From contig CAYJRR010000034.1 in the NCBI GenBank assembly GCA_964372275.1, positions 1-37,050 on the forward strand: 37,050 nt of DNA, given 5' to 3'. Below, one piece after another: positions 1 through 10,503 of the stretch (positions are counted from its first letter, which is position 1; every line of letters starts with the position of its first letter). Source of the DNA: an uncultured bacterium (GTDB lineage Bacteria > CAYJRR01). A program made the translations under genes and the position numbers. The notes under the pieces were generated by a model. That model saw only the letters and a list, made by a program, of their open reading frames with translations. It was not told where the DNA came from and made no database searches.

Positions 1-1129
1 GACAGGAGGCGCAGGCTTCGACGCTGGTCGGGGCGACCTGGGAGTGGTGGTTGGGCCCGGGCGCGAACGAAGCCCACCCCTCCGGATGGATCCCGCGCGT
101 GACGCGGCCGGGCGCGGCGAGCGCGTTCGGCCGCGCCGTCCCGAGGGTCACACCGGACGTCTCGTGGCACGACTGGCAGCCGACCCCACCCTCGTGGCAG
201 TCGAGGCATTCGCTCGGTCGGAGGAAGGCATCGCGCGAGTGCAGAAGGATCCAGTTCCCCGGATGGATGGCGCGAGGCTTCTCGACGCCGGCGTGGCACT
301 CCAGGCAGTCGGAGGTGGCGTGGCAGTTCTGGCAGTACTGCTCGCTGCGCGCGGAGTGCCCGTGGCGGAAGGCCCAGGCCGGGTCTCGGTGGTCGTCGTC
401 CCAATAGGCGCCGCGGGGCGCCAGACGCCCTTCCGGCCACTGCGTCACGAGCCGGCCGTCGTGCTCGGCCAGATGGCACAAGGTGCAGGAGTTCGGGGCG
501 TCGGACCCGTTGTGGCACTGCAGGCACTTCCCCATCACCGGCATGTGCGGTCCCCATCCGGTCGGGGACTGCGGCGCCGTCTGGCTCTGCATGTCGCCGT
601 GGCAGTCGGAACAGATGATCCCGATCTTGGTGTGCGCGCGGTGGGTCATGCGGATTCGCGGCGTCGGCACGTAGACCGGCGGAGGCGCCGGGGCGCTCCC
701 CTTGGTGAAGCCGGGGTGGCACGTCTCGCAGCTCGACTTGGGAAAGGCGCGCGCCGGGTCGGGGGCGGTCAGGATGTGGCACTTCACGCAGACCTCCTCC
801 TTGGGAAGGAGGACGTCGGCGGCGTCGATCGAGGTCGCCCCCAACGGATGGCAGGAGACGCACTTCATCCCCATCTTGAGGTGCTTGGGATGGCTGAAGT
901 TCAGCGGGATCGTCGGCCGCGGAAAGATGATCGGCGACGAAGCGGAGGGAGGCGGCGGGGCGGGAGGGGGCGTGGCGGCGAGGGACGCCGAGGGTCCGGC
1001 GACGACGGAAAGCGCCACCGCCAGAAGGCAATGGAAAATGGAAAATGGAAAATGGAAAACCGGCAAACGGGCTTCGGTTGTCGGTTTTCCAGTTTCAATT
1101 TCCAATTTCCAGTTTTCCTCGATCGTCAC
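1..1129 (-). CDS. Multiheme c-type cytochrome (at least 10 hemes; cytochrome c3/c7-like N-terminal modules); 3' end runs off the window
   Basis: Translated by hand; not in the ORF track because no stop is in the window. GTG at 1129 overlaps the upstream stop (GTGA). A signal-like region precedes FSHPKH and the motifs CVSCH, CVKCH, CETCH, CSDCH, CLQCH, CTLCH, CQNCH, CLECH, CLDCH and CQSCH, plus a truncated CASC at the window edge. Confidence 0.93.
   Translation of the reverse strand, partial: MTIEENWKLEIETGKPTTEARLPVFHFPFSIFHCLLAVALSVVAGPSASLAATPPPAPPPPSASSPIIFPRPTIPLNFSHPKHLKMGMKCVSCHPLGATSIDAADVLLPKEEVCVKCHILTAPDPARAFPKSSCETCHPGFTKGSAPAPPPVYVPTPRIRMTHRAHTKIGIICSDCHGDMQSQTAPQSPTGWGPHMPVMGKCLQCHNGSDAPNSCTLCHLAEHDGRLVTQWPEGRLAPRGAYWDDDHRDPAWAFRHGHSARSEQYCQNCHATSDCLECHAGVEKPRAIHPGNWILLHSRDAFLRPSECLDCHEGGVGCQSCHETSGVTLGTARPNALAAPGRVTRGIHPEGWASFAPGPNHHSQVAPTSVEACASC
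1030..1114. repeat. AT-rich heptamer-repeat palindromic element, copy 1 (in frame in the cytochrome N-terminus)
   Basis: Left arm is (ATGGAAA)x4 ending in accggca. Right arm is tgtcggttttccagtttcaatttccaatttccagtt. About 80% ungapped identity to 20790-20874. Confidence 0.9.
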
Positions 1130-2472
1130 GGATTCACCTTGCGGCTGTCGGTGCCGATCGCCGAGCGGCGGGACTGCGCGGTGCCGAAGCGGAAGCGGAA
1201 GCTCGCCGTCACCCGGGGATCGCCGCTCGAAAAATCGTCGCCGTAGTACTCGGCCATGAGCGAGAGGTCGGCGCGGTCGGGGACGATCCAGGACATGCCG
1301 GTGTAGAGCGAAGCGAAGTTGCCGAGATTCTGCCCGAACAGGTCGTTCCGCGCGTTGGCAAACGTACCACCGACGGTCACGTCGAGCTTGTCGGCGATGA
1401 GGCGCATGCGTGCGTCCCCCCCCACGCCGACCCGGCTCCCGAGATACCCGCCGGAGTAGTAGGTCCGCCCGCTCACGCCCAGGCGGGGGATCGGGCGAAA
1501 GGTCGCACCGAGCGAAACGTTCTCCGAGGCGCCGGCGGTTCCGTAGATCGCGTGGCCCAGGCGCGCCCACAGTCCGAGCCGTCCCCCCTTCTGGGTCGAA
1601 CGCACCCGCAGCCTCAGCTCGTCGTACGGCTCCAGGGCGAAGACGTTGAAGATCGACTGCGCCCCGAAGGTCGGCAGGTAGTGGAACGCTTCGACGTCGA
1701 CGAAGCTCCCCCGCCCCAGGTAGATCGACGTCCCCCCCAGCCCTTCGGAGAGCGCCGAGAGCACCGTCGAGTACTCCGCTTCGCCGTAGAGGCGGAACCG
1801 CCCGATCCGCTGCGAGAGGTCGGCGACGACGTCCTGCCGGTCGACGCCGTTGCCGCGGTCGACGCGGCGGAACCCGAGGCGGGCCTGGCTCCCGACGATG
1901 CCGGTCAGGAAGGTCGACGCGCCGACCGTCACGCCCCCCGCGGCGCGCGGTCCGCCGTCCTCGGTGTCGACGGCGGTGAGCGCGCCGTAGCCCGAGATCG
2001 TCGTGCCGCCGAACAGCTCGAAACCGACCTTCCAGGGGCCCCGATAGCGGATCCGCGCTCCGTCGAAGGCGATCAGCTCCCCGCCCGCGGCGGTCGCCTG
2101 CCGGCCGAGTCGAAGCTCGGTCGGGTGCCGGCGGCCGCGCGCGACGTCGAGGTAGGCGTAGTAGACGCGGGAGCCGTCGCGGAACCCGGGTGAGGTGGGC
2201 GTGTGCTGGCCGGTGCCACGGAAGTAGGTTTCGAAGGAAAGGCGGCGGTTCTCGCTGCGCTCGGCCGCCACCATCCGGAACGCCTGGGAGAACGGTTGCA
2301 GGAAGACGTCCTCCTCCGACAGCGACGGTGCTTCGAACGATCGGTAGACGCTGTAGCTCTCCACCTCCACGTCGGCCGCGCGCGCCGGCGGCGCCGCGGC
2401 GAACAGGGCCGGAAGCAGGCCGCCGGCGAGAAGCGACCGGCGGGCGCGTGCGCGGCGGGCGGGACGCGTCAT
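1126..2472 (-). CDS. Putative outer-membrane beta-barrel protein (candidate porin of a porin-cytochrome complex)
   Basis: Start reassigned to ATG 2472, which overlaps the upstream stop (ATGA). Signal peptide MTRPARRARARRSLLAGGLLPALFAAAPPARA. Many amphipathic aromatic/Gly beta-strand patterns, ending near VTASFRFRF. Lies between two cytochrome genes. Confidence 0.7.
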   Translation of the reverse strand: MTRPARRARARRSLLAGGLLPALFAAAPPARAADVEVESYSVYRSFEAPSLSEEDVFLQPFSQAFRMVAAERSENRRLSFETYFRGTGQHTPTSPGFRDGSRVYYAYLDVARGRRHPTELRLGRQATAAGGELIAFDGARIRYRGPWKVGFELFGGTTISGYGALTAVDTEDGGPRAAGGVTVGASTFLTGIVGSQARLGFRRVDRGNGVDRQDVVADLSQRIGRFRLYGEAEYSTVLSALSEGLGGTSIYLGRGSFVDVEAFHYLPTFGAQSIFNVFALEPYDELRLRVRSTQKGGRLGLWARLGHAIYGTAGASENVSLGATFRPIPRLGVSGRTYYSGGYLGSRVGVGGDARMRLIADKLDVTVGGTFANARNDLFGQNLGNFASLYTGMSWIVPDRADLSLMAEYYGDDFSSGDPRVTASFRFRFGTAQSRRSAIGTDSRKVNP

Positions 2473-3917
2473 GGCGCGCCCTGCCGGATCCAGCGGCGGA
2501 GGAGCTCGCGCTCGCTGCGGGTCAGAGCGGAGACGTCGGCGTCGGGCGGCGGCATCGCCATCCCTTCGATCGGAAGGAGGTCGGAGAGGGCCACCTTCCG
2601 CCACAGATACGATCCGCTCAAACAGTAGGGGACGAGCGCCGGCATCCCGTCGAACTGTGTCTCGTGGGAGGTGACCTGCTCGAGATCGCCGGTCAGGTCG
2701 AAGAATCCCGGCGGCGAGCCGCCCGCGTGGCAGCCGGCGAAGCCGCAGCGCGTTTCGAGAAGCCCCCCCACCGGATCGGCGAAGGTGAGCAGCCCCGCGG
2801 TCACCGGCACGGTGGTGGTCGTCCCGGTCCCCCGATTGCCGGAGCCGTCCTCGGCGCTCACCTGGAAGGTCCACGAGCCGGCGTCGAGTCCGGCGACGAC
2901 GACCGGCGAGGCGGTCCCGAACTGGACCCGTCGAACCTCGTCGGTGGCCGCGGCGTCGCCGCAGCCGTTGGGCGGGACGTAGGCCCGCGAAGCCTTCACC
3001 TCGACCCGGAGGTCGGCGGCGGCGGTGACGCCGTCGGTGATCGTCGGCAGCGTGACGGTGGCGTTGCCGGTGGTGGAATCGATCGAGACCGACGGCGCGC
3101 CCGCGATCAGCGGCGCCGCGGTGTCGGGCGCTGCGCCGAGGGTGAAGGTCGTCTGCGTGCCGCCGATGTTCTCGACCTCTCGGCCGTAGACGTCGGTGAG
3201 CTCAAGGAGCGAGACCTGGATCGAATCGCCGCTGGCGACCGGGTTGGCGTGGGTGAAGACGAGCGAGCGCGCGTCCTCGTCGTACCCGGTGGTGCCGGAG
3301 AAGCCGCTTCCGTTGACCAGCGCCTGGATCCGGTTGTCGGAGGGATCCTCGAGCGGCTCGCTGAAGACGATCCGCACCCGGAAGTTGGTCGGAACGCCGA
3401 CGGCCCCCGGGGCCGGGATCCGGCGGACGATCGTGGTCGCCGCGGCGGCGACGGTGCGGAACTCGAACGTGTGGCCGGCGATCGGGCGCCCCTTCGCATC
3501 GCGAAGCTGCCCGTCCTGGAGCTCGACCCGGTAGGCGGTGTCGAGCTTGAGCGGAGGAACGATCGGCTCGAGGGACACGACGCGCGCGTCGTCGGCTTCG
3601 TAGCGGGCGTTGAACGGGACGGCGATGCTGGAGGACGACTCGACGAGGAGGAAGGCCGGCTCCAGACCGGTCGGCAGGATCTTGCCGCTGAACTCGAGAT
3701 CGATCGGGTCGAAGACGCCGACGCCCGTCGCGCCGTCCGCCGGCACCGTCTCGGCGACGACCACCGGCGAGGCGAGCGCGGGGAACGGGGATCCGGTCGC
3801 CTTGCAGCCGGCCAGCGGGGCCGACGCCACGAAGCTCGCAATCGACCCGAGCACGATCGCCGGGCCGGGTGGGCCCGTCCGGCGCGCGCCTTGCGTGCGT
3901 CCTCTGAGCGCGAACAT
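2469..3917 (-). CDS. Lipoprotein with tandem bacterial Ig-like (Big_5-type) domains, an Fn3-like segment and a C-terminal monoheme cytochrome c-like domain
   Basis: Lipobox LAGC. Ig-like repeats VVAETVPADGATGV..IDLEFS and IVRRIPAPGAVGVPTNFRVRIVFSEPL. C-terminus CGFAGCH...SGSYLWRKV...MAMPP...ELLRRWIRQGA. Confidence 0.75.
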   Translation of the reverse strand: MFALRGRTQGARRTGPPGPAIVLGSIASFVASAPLAGCKATGSPFPALASPVVVAETVPADGATGVGVFDPIDLEFSGKILPTGLEPAFLLVESSSSIAVPFNARYEADDARVVSLEPIVPPLKLDTAYRVELQDGQLRDAKGRPIAGHTFEFRTVAAAATTIVRRIPAPGAVGVPTNFRVRIVFSEPLEDPSDNRIQALVNGSGFSGTTGYDEDARSLVFTHANPVASGDSIQVSLLELTDVYGREVENIGGTQTTFTLGAAPDTAAPLIAGAPSVSIDSTTGNATVTLPTITDGVTAAADLRVEVKASRAYVPPNGCGDAAATDEVRRVQFGTASPVVVAGLDAGSWTFQVSAEDGSGNRGTGTTTTVPVTAGLLTFADPVGGLLETRCGFAGCHAGGSPPGFFDLTGDLEQVTSHETQFDGMPALVPYCLSGSYLWRKVALSDLLPIEGMAMPPPDADVSALTRSERELLRRWIRQGAP

Positions 3918-3971
3918 CGGCCCCTCGGTTGTACCACGAAGCGCCGTCGATTTGCACGGTGCCGAGGGAAC

Positions 3972-6087
<2,116 letters not shown>

Positions 6088-6175
6088 CGTCACCTCCTCT
6101 TCCTTTGTAGTCCTTGGGGACGGGACCGTCCACCGCCTTGACGCAACCTCGCGCATCCACGACGCTTTGCCGCAG

Positions 6176-6814
6176 ATGGAACCGATCCGGGCCGCGGTCT
6201 TCGATCTCGACGGGACGCTGGTCGACACGCTTCCTGCGTCGGTGGAGGCGTTCAACGCCGTCGTCGTCCCCTTCCTCGGAACCCGCCTGACCGCCAACGA
6301 AGTCCGCGGTCTGATGGGCTCGAGCGGGGAGAAGGCGCTGCGCAACTTCCTGCCGCCGGGCATGCTCGGCGCCGGGGCGCACCAACTTCGGGCCGCGTTC
6401 CTGACGCTGGTGTCGACGATCCGCGCCTTTCCGGGAACGCCCGAGCTTCTCGCCGAGATCGCGCGGCGCGGTTGCCGCATCGGCGTCGCCACCACACACG
6501 ACCGGGAGAGCGTGACCCGCATCCTGGAGTCGACGCAGCTCGGCGCCTCGGTCGAGCGGGTGTTGTGCGGCACGGAGGCGTTGGGGGAGTCGTCCGCCGG
6601 GGTCGATCCGGCGGCGCTGGGGTCGCTGGCGCGCGAGCTCGGGGGCGATCCCGCGCGCGTCGTCTACGTGTGCGATTCGCCGGAGGAGCTGGAGATCGGC
6701 CGCAAGGCCGGGTTGCGAACGGCGGCCGTCGCGTGGGGCTACCACCGGCGCGAGGAGCTCGCGTCGCAGCGACCCGACTTTCTCTTCGAAAGTCCCGCGC
6801 TCCCCTCGCCGTGA
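6176..6814 (+). CDS. HAD-superfamily hydrolase (phosphoglycolate phosphatase-like)
   Basis: Motif I AAVFDLDGTLVDT, motif II GVATT, and C-terminal AVAWGY...PDFLF. Motifs III and IV look divergent. Confidence 0.85.
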   Translation: MEPIRAAVFDLDGTLVDTLPASVEAFNAVVVPFLGTRLTANEVRGLMGSSGEKALRNFLPPGMLGAGAHQLRAAFLTLVSTIRAFPGTPELLAEIARRGCRIGVATTHDRESVTRILESTQLGASVERVLCGTEALGESSAGVDPAALGSLARELGGDPARVVYVCDSPEELEIGRKAGLRTAAVAWGYHRREELASQRPDFLFESPALPSP

Positions 6815-6911
6815 ACGGGCCGAACGCGGGGACGACCGCGCGGATCCGAATGGCGACGGGACGTCGATCGTCTTGACCGTCGGCGCCGTCGCCTGATAGG
6901 AGGTCGACGTC

Positions 6912-7334
6912 GTGCGGAGCGCCTGGACCGGAGCGAATGGCCGCCCGCGGCATGGAGCCGCGGCGGCGGTGATCGCCGTCGGCCTGATGCTGGGTCAGGC
7001 GATCGGGCTACTCCACGCGTCGCTGGTGCGCCATGAAACCTGCCCGCAGCATGGCGAGCAGGTGGAGATCGGCGGGGCCACCGCGTTCGCGGAGCGGACG
7101 TCCGCGACGGACACGACGGTCGCCGCCATCCGCCCGGCGGACCCGGAGCTTCCGCCCGAACACCGCCACTGCGAGGCGACCCTCCTCCCGCGCGCGGCGA
7201 TCGCGGGGCCGGTGGTGGCCGCCGCCGACGGTGAGGCGGCCCCGGAGAGAATCGCCCTGCCCCGCCGGCCGCGAACGATCGCCGCCGTCCGGATCTACCG
7301 GCTCGCGCCGAAGCAGTCCCCGCCGATCGGGTGA
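6912..7334 (+). CDS. Small His/Cys-rich exported or membrane protein with C-terminal LAPKQSPP (DUF2946-like candidate leader protein)
   Basis: SD aggaggt before GTG. N-terminal hydrophobic segment, HETCPQHGE and EHRHC motifs, and a terminal xPP motif. Lies upstream of metal-uptake genes. Confidence 0.75.
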   Translation: MRSAWTGANGRPRHGAAAAVIAVGLMLGQAIGLLHASLVRHETCPQHGEQVEIGGATAFAERTSATDTTVAAIRPADPELPPEHRHCEATLLPRAAIAGPVVAAADGEAAPERIALPRRPRTIAAVRIYRLAPKQSPPIG

Positions 7335-7448
7335 GTGACTCCGCGCGGACGCGCGGATCCAACGTCCGAGAGTCGATCGCGCGGGAGTCGCCACCACGGA
7401 CGGCTCCGCCGATCGGTCCATTCCACGAATTCGTCTTCGGAGACCCAC

Positions 7449-8546
7449 ATGCGATTCCTGATCACGGCGATCGCCTTGGCGACCGCGCTGCCTGCCGCCG
7501 CACAGACCGAATCGAACCCGTTGACGACGTCGAACCGGTTCAATCCGGCGATCAGCGTCAACGGCCTGTTCCTGGGGCGCTACACCGATCCCGCGTCGGC
7601 CGGTGCCCCCGACGAGGAGGCGGAGGCCGAAGGGGAGGAGGCGTCCGCCGGAACCGGCATGGGCATCCAAGAGGTCGAGATCCAGTTCCTCAGCAACGTC
7701 GACGCCTACTTCCAGGCGAACCTGATCGCGGCGATGGAGGCGGGGGACGGGATCGAGATCGAAGAGGGCTATCTTCAGCCGTTCTGGCAGCCCGGTGGGC
7801 TCTCCTTCCGTGCCGGCAAGCTCAAGGCCATCTTTGGACGGGAGAACGGGCTTCACACGCATGCCCTCCCGCTCGTCGAACGGAACCTCGCCGGCTCGTC
7901 GCTCTTCGGCGACGAGGGGCTGGGGGAGTTCGGGGTGGAGACGAGTTGGTTGGCGCCGACGCCGTGGTACCTGACCCTGACCGGGCAGGTCCTCGCCGGT
8001 GACAACGACTTCTGGGCCTCCGAGCGCGGAGACGACTTCGTCTACCTCGGTTCGCTCAGGAGCCTGTTCGACCTGAACGACGACACGACGTTCGAGATCG
8101 GCGGCTTCGGCGCGGGGGGGAACGATGCGTTCGGGACGGTGGCAAGCGCCGCCGGAGGCTACGCCTTCCTCAAGTGGCGGCCGGCGCGGCGGGCGACGAC
8201 CCGCGGGCTGGCGCTCACGGTCGAGTGGCTCTACGGCAACCGGAGGGACCCCGACCCCGAGGCCGCCCGCCCCTCGATCAACGTCGGCGGCGGGTACGGC
8301 CTCCTGCAGGCGCGGCTCGCGCGGCGTTGGCACGTGGCGGGCCGATTCGACTACCTCGGCGAGCCGCTCGAGGAGGCGGGGATCGCGCGGCGCGGCTCGG
8401 CGCTCGTCGCCTATGCGCCGACCGAGTTCTCCGCAATCCGGCTGCAAGGATCGCGGACCTTCCCCCCGTTCGGAGAGGACCCGGTCGACGACCTTCTCCT
8501 CCAGTTCAACTTCACCATCGGCGCCCATCCGGCGCACGCCTACTAG
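7449..8546 (+). CDS. Outer-membrane beta-barrel associated with Zn/Mn uptake
   Basis: ATG 7449 with SD ggaga. Signal peptide, RFNPAISVNG, GRENGLHTH, and His-containing C-terminus IGAHPAHAY. Adjacent to ZnuA/ZnuB-like genes. Confidence 0.75.
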   Translation: MRFLITAIALATALPAAAQTESNPLTTSNRFNPAISVNGLFLGRYTDPASAGAPDEEAEAEGEEASAGTGMGIQEVEIQFLSNVDAYFQANLIAAMEAGDGIEIEEGYLQPFWQPGGLSFRAGKLKAIFGRENGLHTHALPLVERNLAGSSLFGDEGLGEFGVETSWLAPTPWYLTLTGQVLAGDNDFWASERGDDFVYLGSLRSLFDLNDDTTFEIGGFGAGGNDAFGTVASAAGGYAFLKWRPARRATTRGLALTVEWLYGNRRDPDPEAARPSINVGGGYGLLQARLARRWHVAGRFDYLGEPLEEAGIARRGSALVAYAPTEFSAIRLQGSRTFPPFGEDPVDDLLLQFNFTIGAHPAHAY

Positions 8547-8562
8547 CGAATTCGGAGACGCC

Positions 8563-9504
8563 ATGACGAACTTCCTTCGATCTCCCCGCTTCCGCGCCAC
8601 GGCACTCCGGCCGCTGGCGATCACCGGCGCCGCCGCGGCGCTGGCGCTGCCGGCCTCCGGGACGGCCCGGCCGCTGAACGTCGTCAGCACCACCCCGGTT
8701 CCGGCCGCGCTCGCGGAGGCGGTCGGTGGCGATCGGGTGCGGGCGACGAGCCTTTGCAAGGGGTTCCAGGACCCCCACGTCCTCGAAGCGAAGCCCTCCT
8801 ACATGGTCCAACTCCATCGCGCCGATCTGCTGCTCGCGATTGGACTCGACCTCGAGATCGGCTACCTGCCGCTGCTCGCCGCCGGAAGCCGGAATCCGAA
8901 GATCCAGGGGGGACGGGGGTTCCTCGACCTGTCGACGGTGATCACGCCCAAGGACGTCACCGACGTCGCCGACCGGAGGCAGGGGGACGTCCACCCGTCG
9001 GGGAACCCGCACTACTGGCTCGATCCGGAGAATGCCCGGGCGATGGCCCGCGCCATCGCCGCCGCGCTCGCGGCCCTCGACCCCGACGGGCGGCCGGTTT
9101 TCGAGACCAACCTCGCGGCGTGGGAGACGGCACTCGACCGGCATCAGGCCGACTGGGCGACCCGGATGGCACCGCTCGGCGGACGGAAGATCGTGACCTT
9201 CCACAAGAGCTGGACCTACTTCGCGGAGAGATACGGTCTCCGTGTGGTCGGCTACGTCGAGCCGAAGCCGGGGATCCCCCCCTCCCCCAGCCACACGCTC
9301 GACCTGGTGCGGCAGATGAAGGCCGAGGGGGCGACGTCGATCGTGATGGAGAACTTCTACGACCGGCGGGCAGCCGACGCCGTCGCGAAGCGGGTCGGCG
9401 GGACGGTGGTGGTCGTCCCCAACAACGTGGGCGGAGAGGGGCCGGTGAAGACCTACTTCGACCTGATCGAGACGATCGTCTCGCGATTCGAGAAGAGCCT
9501 CTAA
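8563..9504 (+). CDS. Metal (Zn/Mn) ABC transporter substrate-binding protein, ZnuA/TroA family
   Basis: Motifs QDPHVLEAKP, DVHPSGNPHYWLDP, TFHKSWTYF and EPKPGIPPSPSH. Confidence 0.93.
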   Translation: MTNFLRSPRFRATALRPLAITGAAAALALPASGTARPLNVVSTTPVPAALAEAVGGDRVRATSLCKGFQDPHVLEAKPSYMVQLHRADLLLAIGLDLEIGYLPLLAAGSRNPKIQGGRGFLDLSTVITPKDVTDVADRRQGDVHPSGNPHYWLDPENARAMARAIAAALAALDPDGRPVFETNLAAWETALDRHQADWATRMAPLGGRKIVTFHKSWTYFAERYGLRVVGYVEPKPGIPPSPSHTLDLVRQMKAEGATSIVMENFYDRRAADAVAKRVGGTVVVVPNNVGGEGPVKTYFDLIETIVSRFEKSL

Positions 9505-9522
9505 GGGCCGGAACGGAACGAC

Positions 9523-10422
9523 ATGGATTCGCTCGCCTTCGAGTTCCTCTTCTATCCCTTCCTGGCGTGCCTCATCCTGGTCGGGATCCACGCCTACCTC
9601 GGGATCCACGTGCTCGCACGCGGCGTGATCTTCGTCGACATCGCCTTGGCCCAGATCGCCGCCCTGGGGAGCACGGCGGCGTTCCTGGCGGGGTTCGACC
9701 CCGAGACCCTTCCCTCCTGGTTCTGTTCGCTCGTGTTCACCTTCGTCGGTGCCGCGATCTTCGCCCTCTCCCGCAACCTGCGCGAGCGCGTGCCGCAGGA
9801 GGCGTTCATCGGGATCACCTACGCCGTCGCCGCTGCCCTCTCGATCCTGTTGATCTCGAAGTCGCCGCACGGCGACGAGCACCTGAAGAACATCCTGGTG
9901 GGGAACCTTCTCTGGATCACCCCGCGGCACGTGGCGGTGATCGCCGCGCTCTACGCCGGGGTCGGCGCGTTCCACTACGCGTTTCGCCGGCGCTTCCTGA
10001 CGATGTCGTTCGACCACCGGGCGCCGGAGTCGAAGGGCCGGTCGGCGGTGCTGTGGGACCTGCTGTTCTACATGTCGTTCGGATTCGTGATCACCTCGAG
10101 CGTGCAGATTGCGGGAGTCCTCCTCGTCTTCTCCTTCCTGGTGGTTCCCGCCGTCTTCGCCGCGATGTTCGCGACGAGCGTCGCGATGCGGTTGGTGATC
10201 TCCTGGGCGCTCGGCTTCCTGGTGTCGGTGGCGGGGATGACCGTCTCCTACCGGGCCGACCTGCCGACCGGCGCCGCGATCGTCGCCACCTTCGGGGCGG
10301 CCCTGCTGCTCGCGGCCGCCGTCCGGGCGGCGTTGACCCGCCTGAACCTCGCGACCCACACCGCCGTCTTCCGCGCGGAGGGACCGCTCGAGGTGACCGA
10401 CCCCGGACGCCGCGGCGACTAA
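9523..10422 (+). CDS. Metal ABC transporter permease, ZnuB/ABC-3 family
   Basis: Multi-pass hydrophobic protein with LGIHVLARGVIFVDIALAQIAALG, AGVLLVFSFLVVPA and DLPTGAAIV. Confidence 0.93.
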   Translation: MDSLAFEFLFYPFLACLILVGIHAYLGIHVLARGVIFVDIALAQIAALGSTAAFLAGFDPETLPSWFCSLVFTFVGAAIFALSRNLRERVPQEAFIGITYAVAAALSILLISKSPHGDEHLKNILVGNLLWITPRHVAVIAALYAGVGAFHYAFRRRFLTMSFDHRAPESKGRSAVLWDLLFYMSFGFVITSSVQIAGVLLVFSFLVVPAVFAAMFATSVAMRLVISWALGFLVSVAGMTVSYRADLPTGAAIVATFGAALLLAAAVRAALTRLNLATHTAVFRAEGPLEVTDPGRRGD

Positions 10423-10503
10423 AGCCGCGTCGGGCCGTCCTTCGTCGAGGGCGCCCCGAGGTGGCGGCCCGGGGCGGCGTATACTTCTCCCCTAGGGGGC
10501 GGG

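Noticed and set aside
1030-1114. Heptamer repeats as a CRISPR array
   Set aside because: They are 7-bp tandem units arranged as an inverted repeat, with no unique spacers and no cas genes.
44-1246. Plus-strand ORFs containing MENGKWKMEN
   Set aside because: They are the antisense reading of the heptamer element and the cytochrome gene. The minus frame with 10 CxxCH motifs is clearly the real gene.
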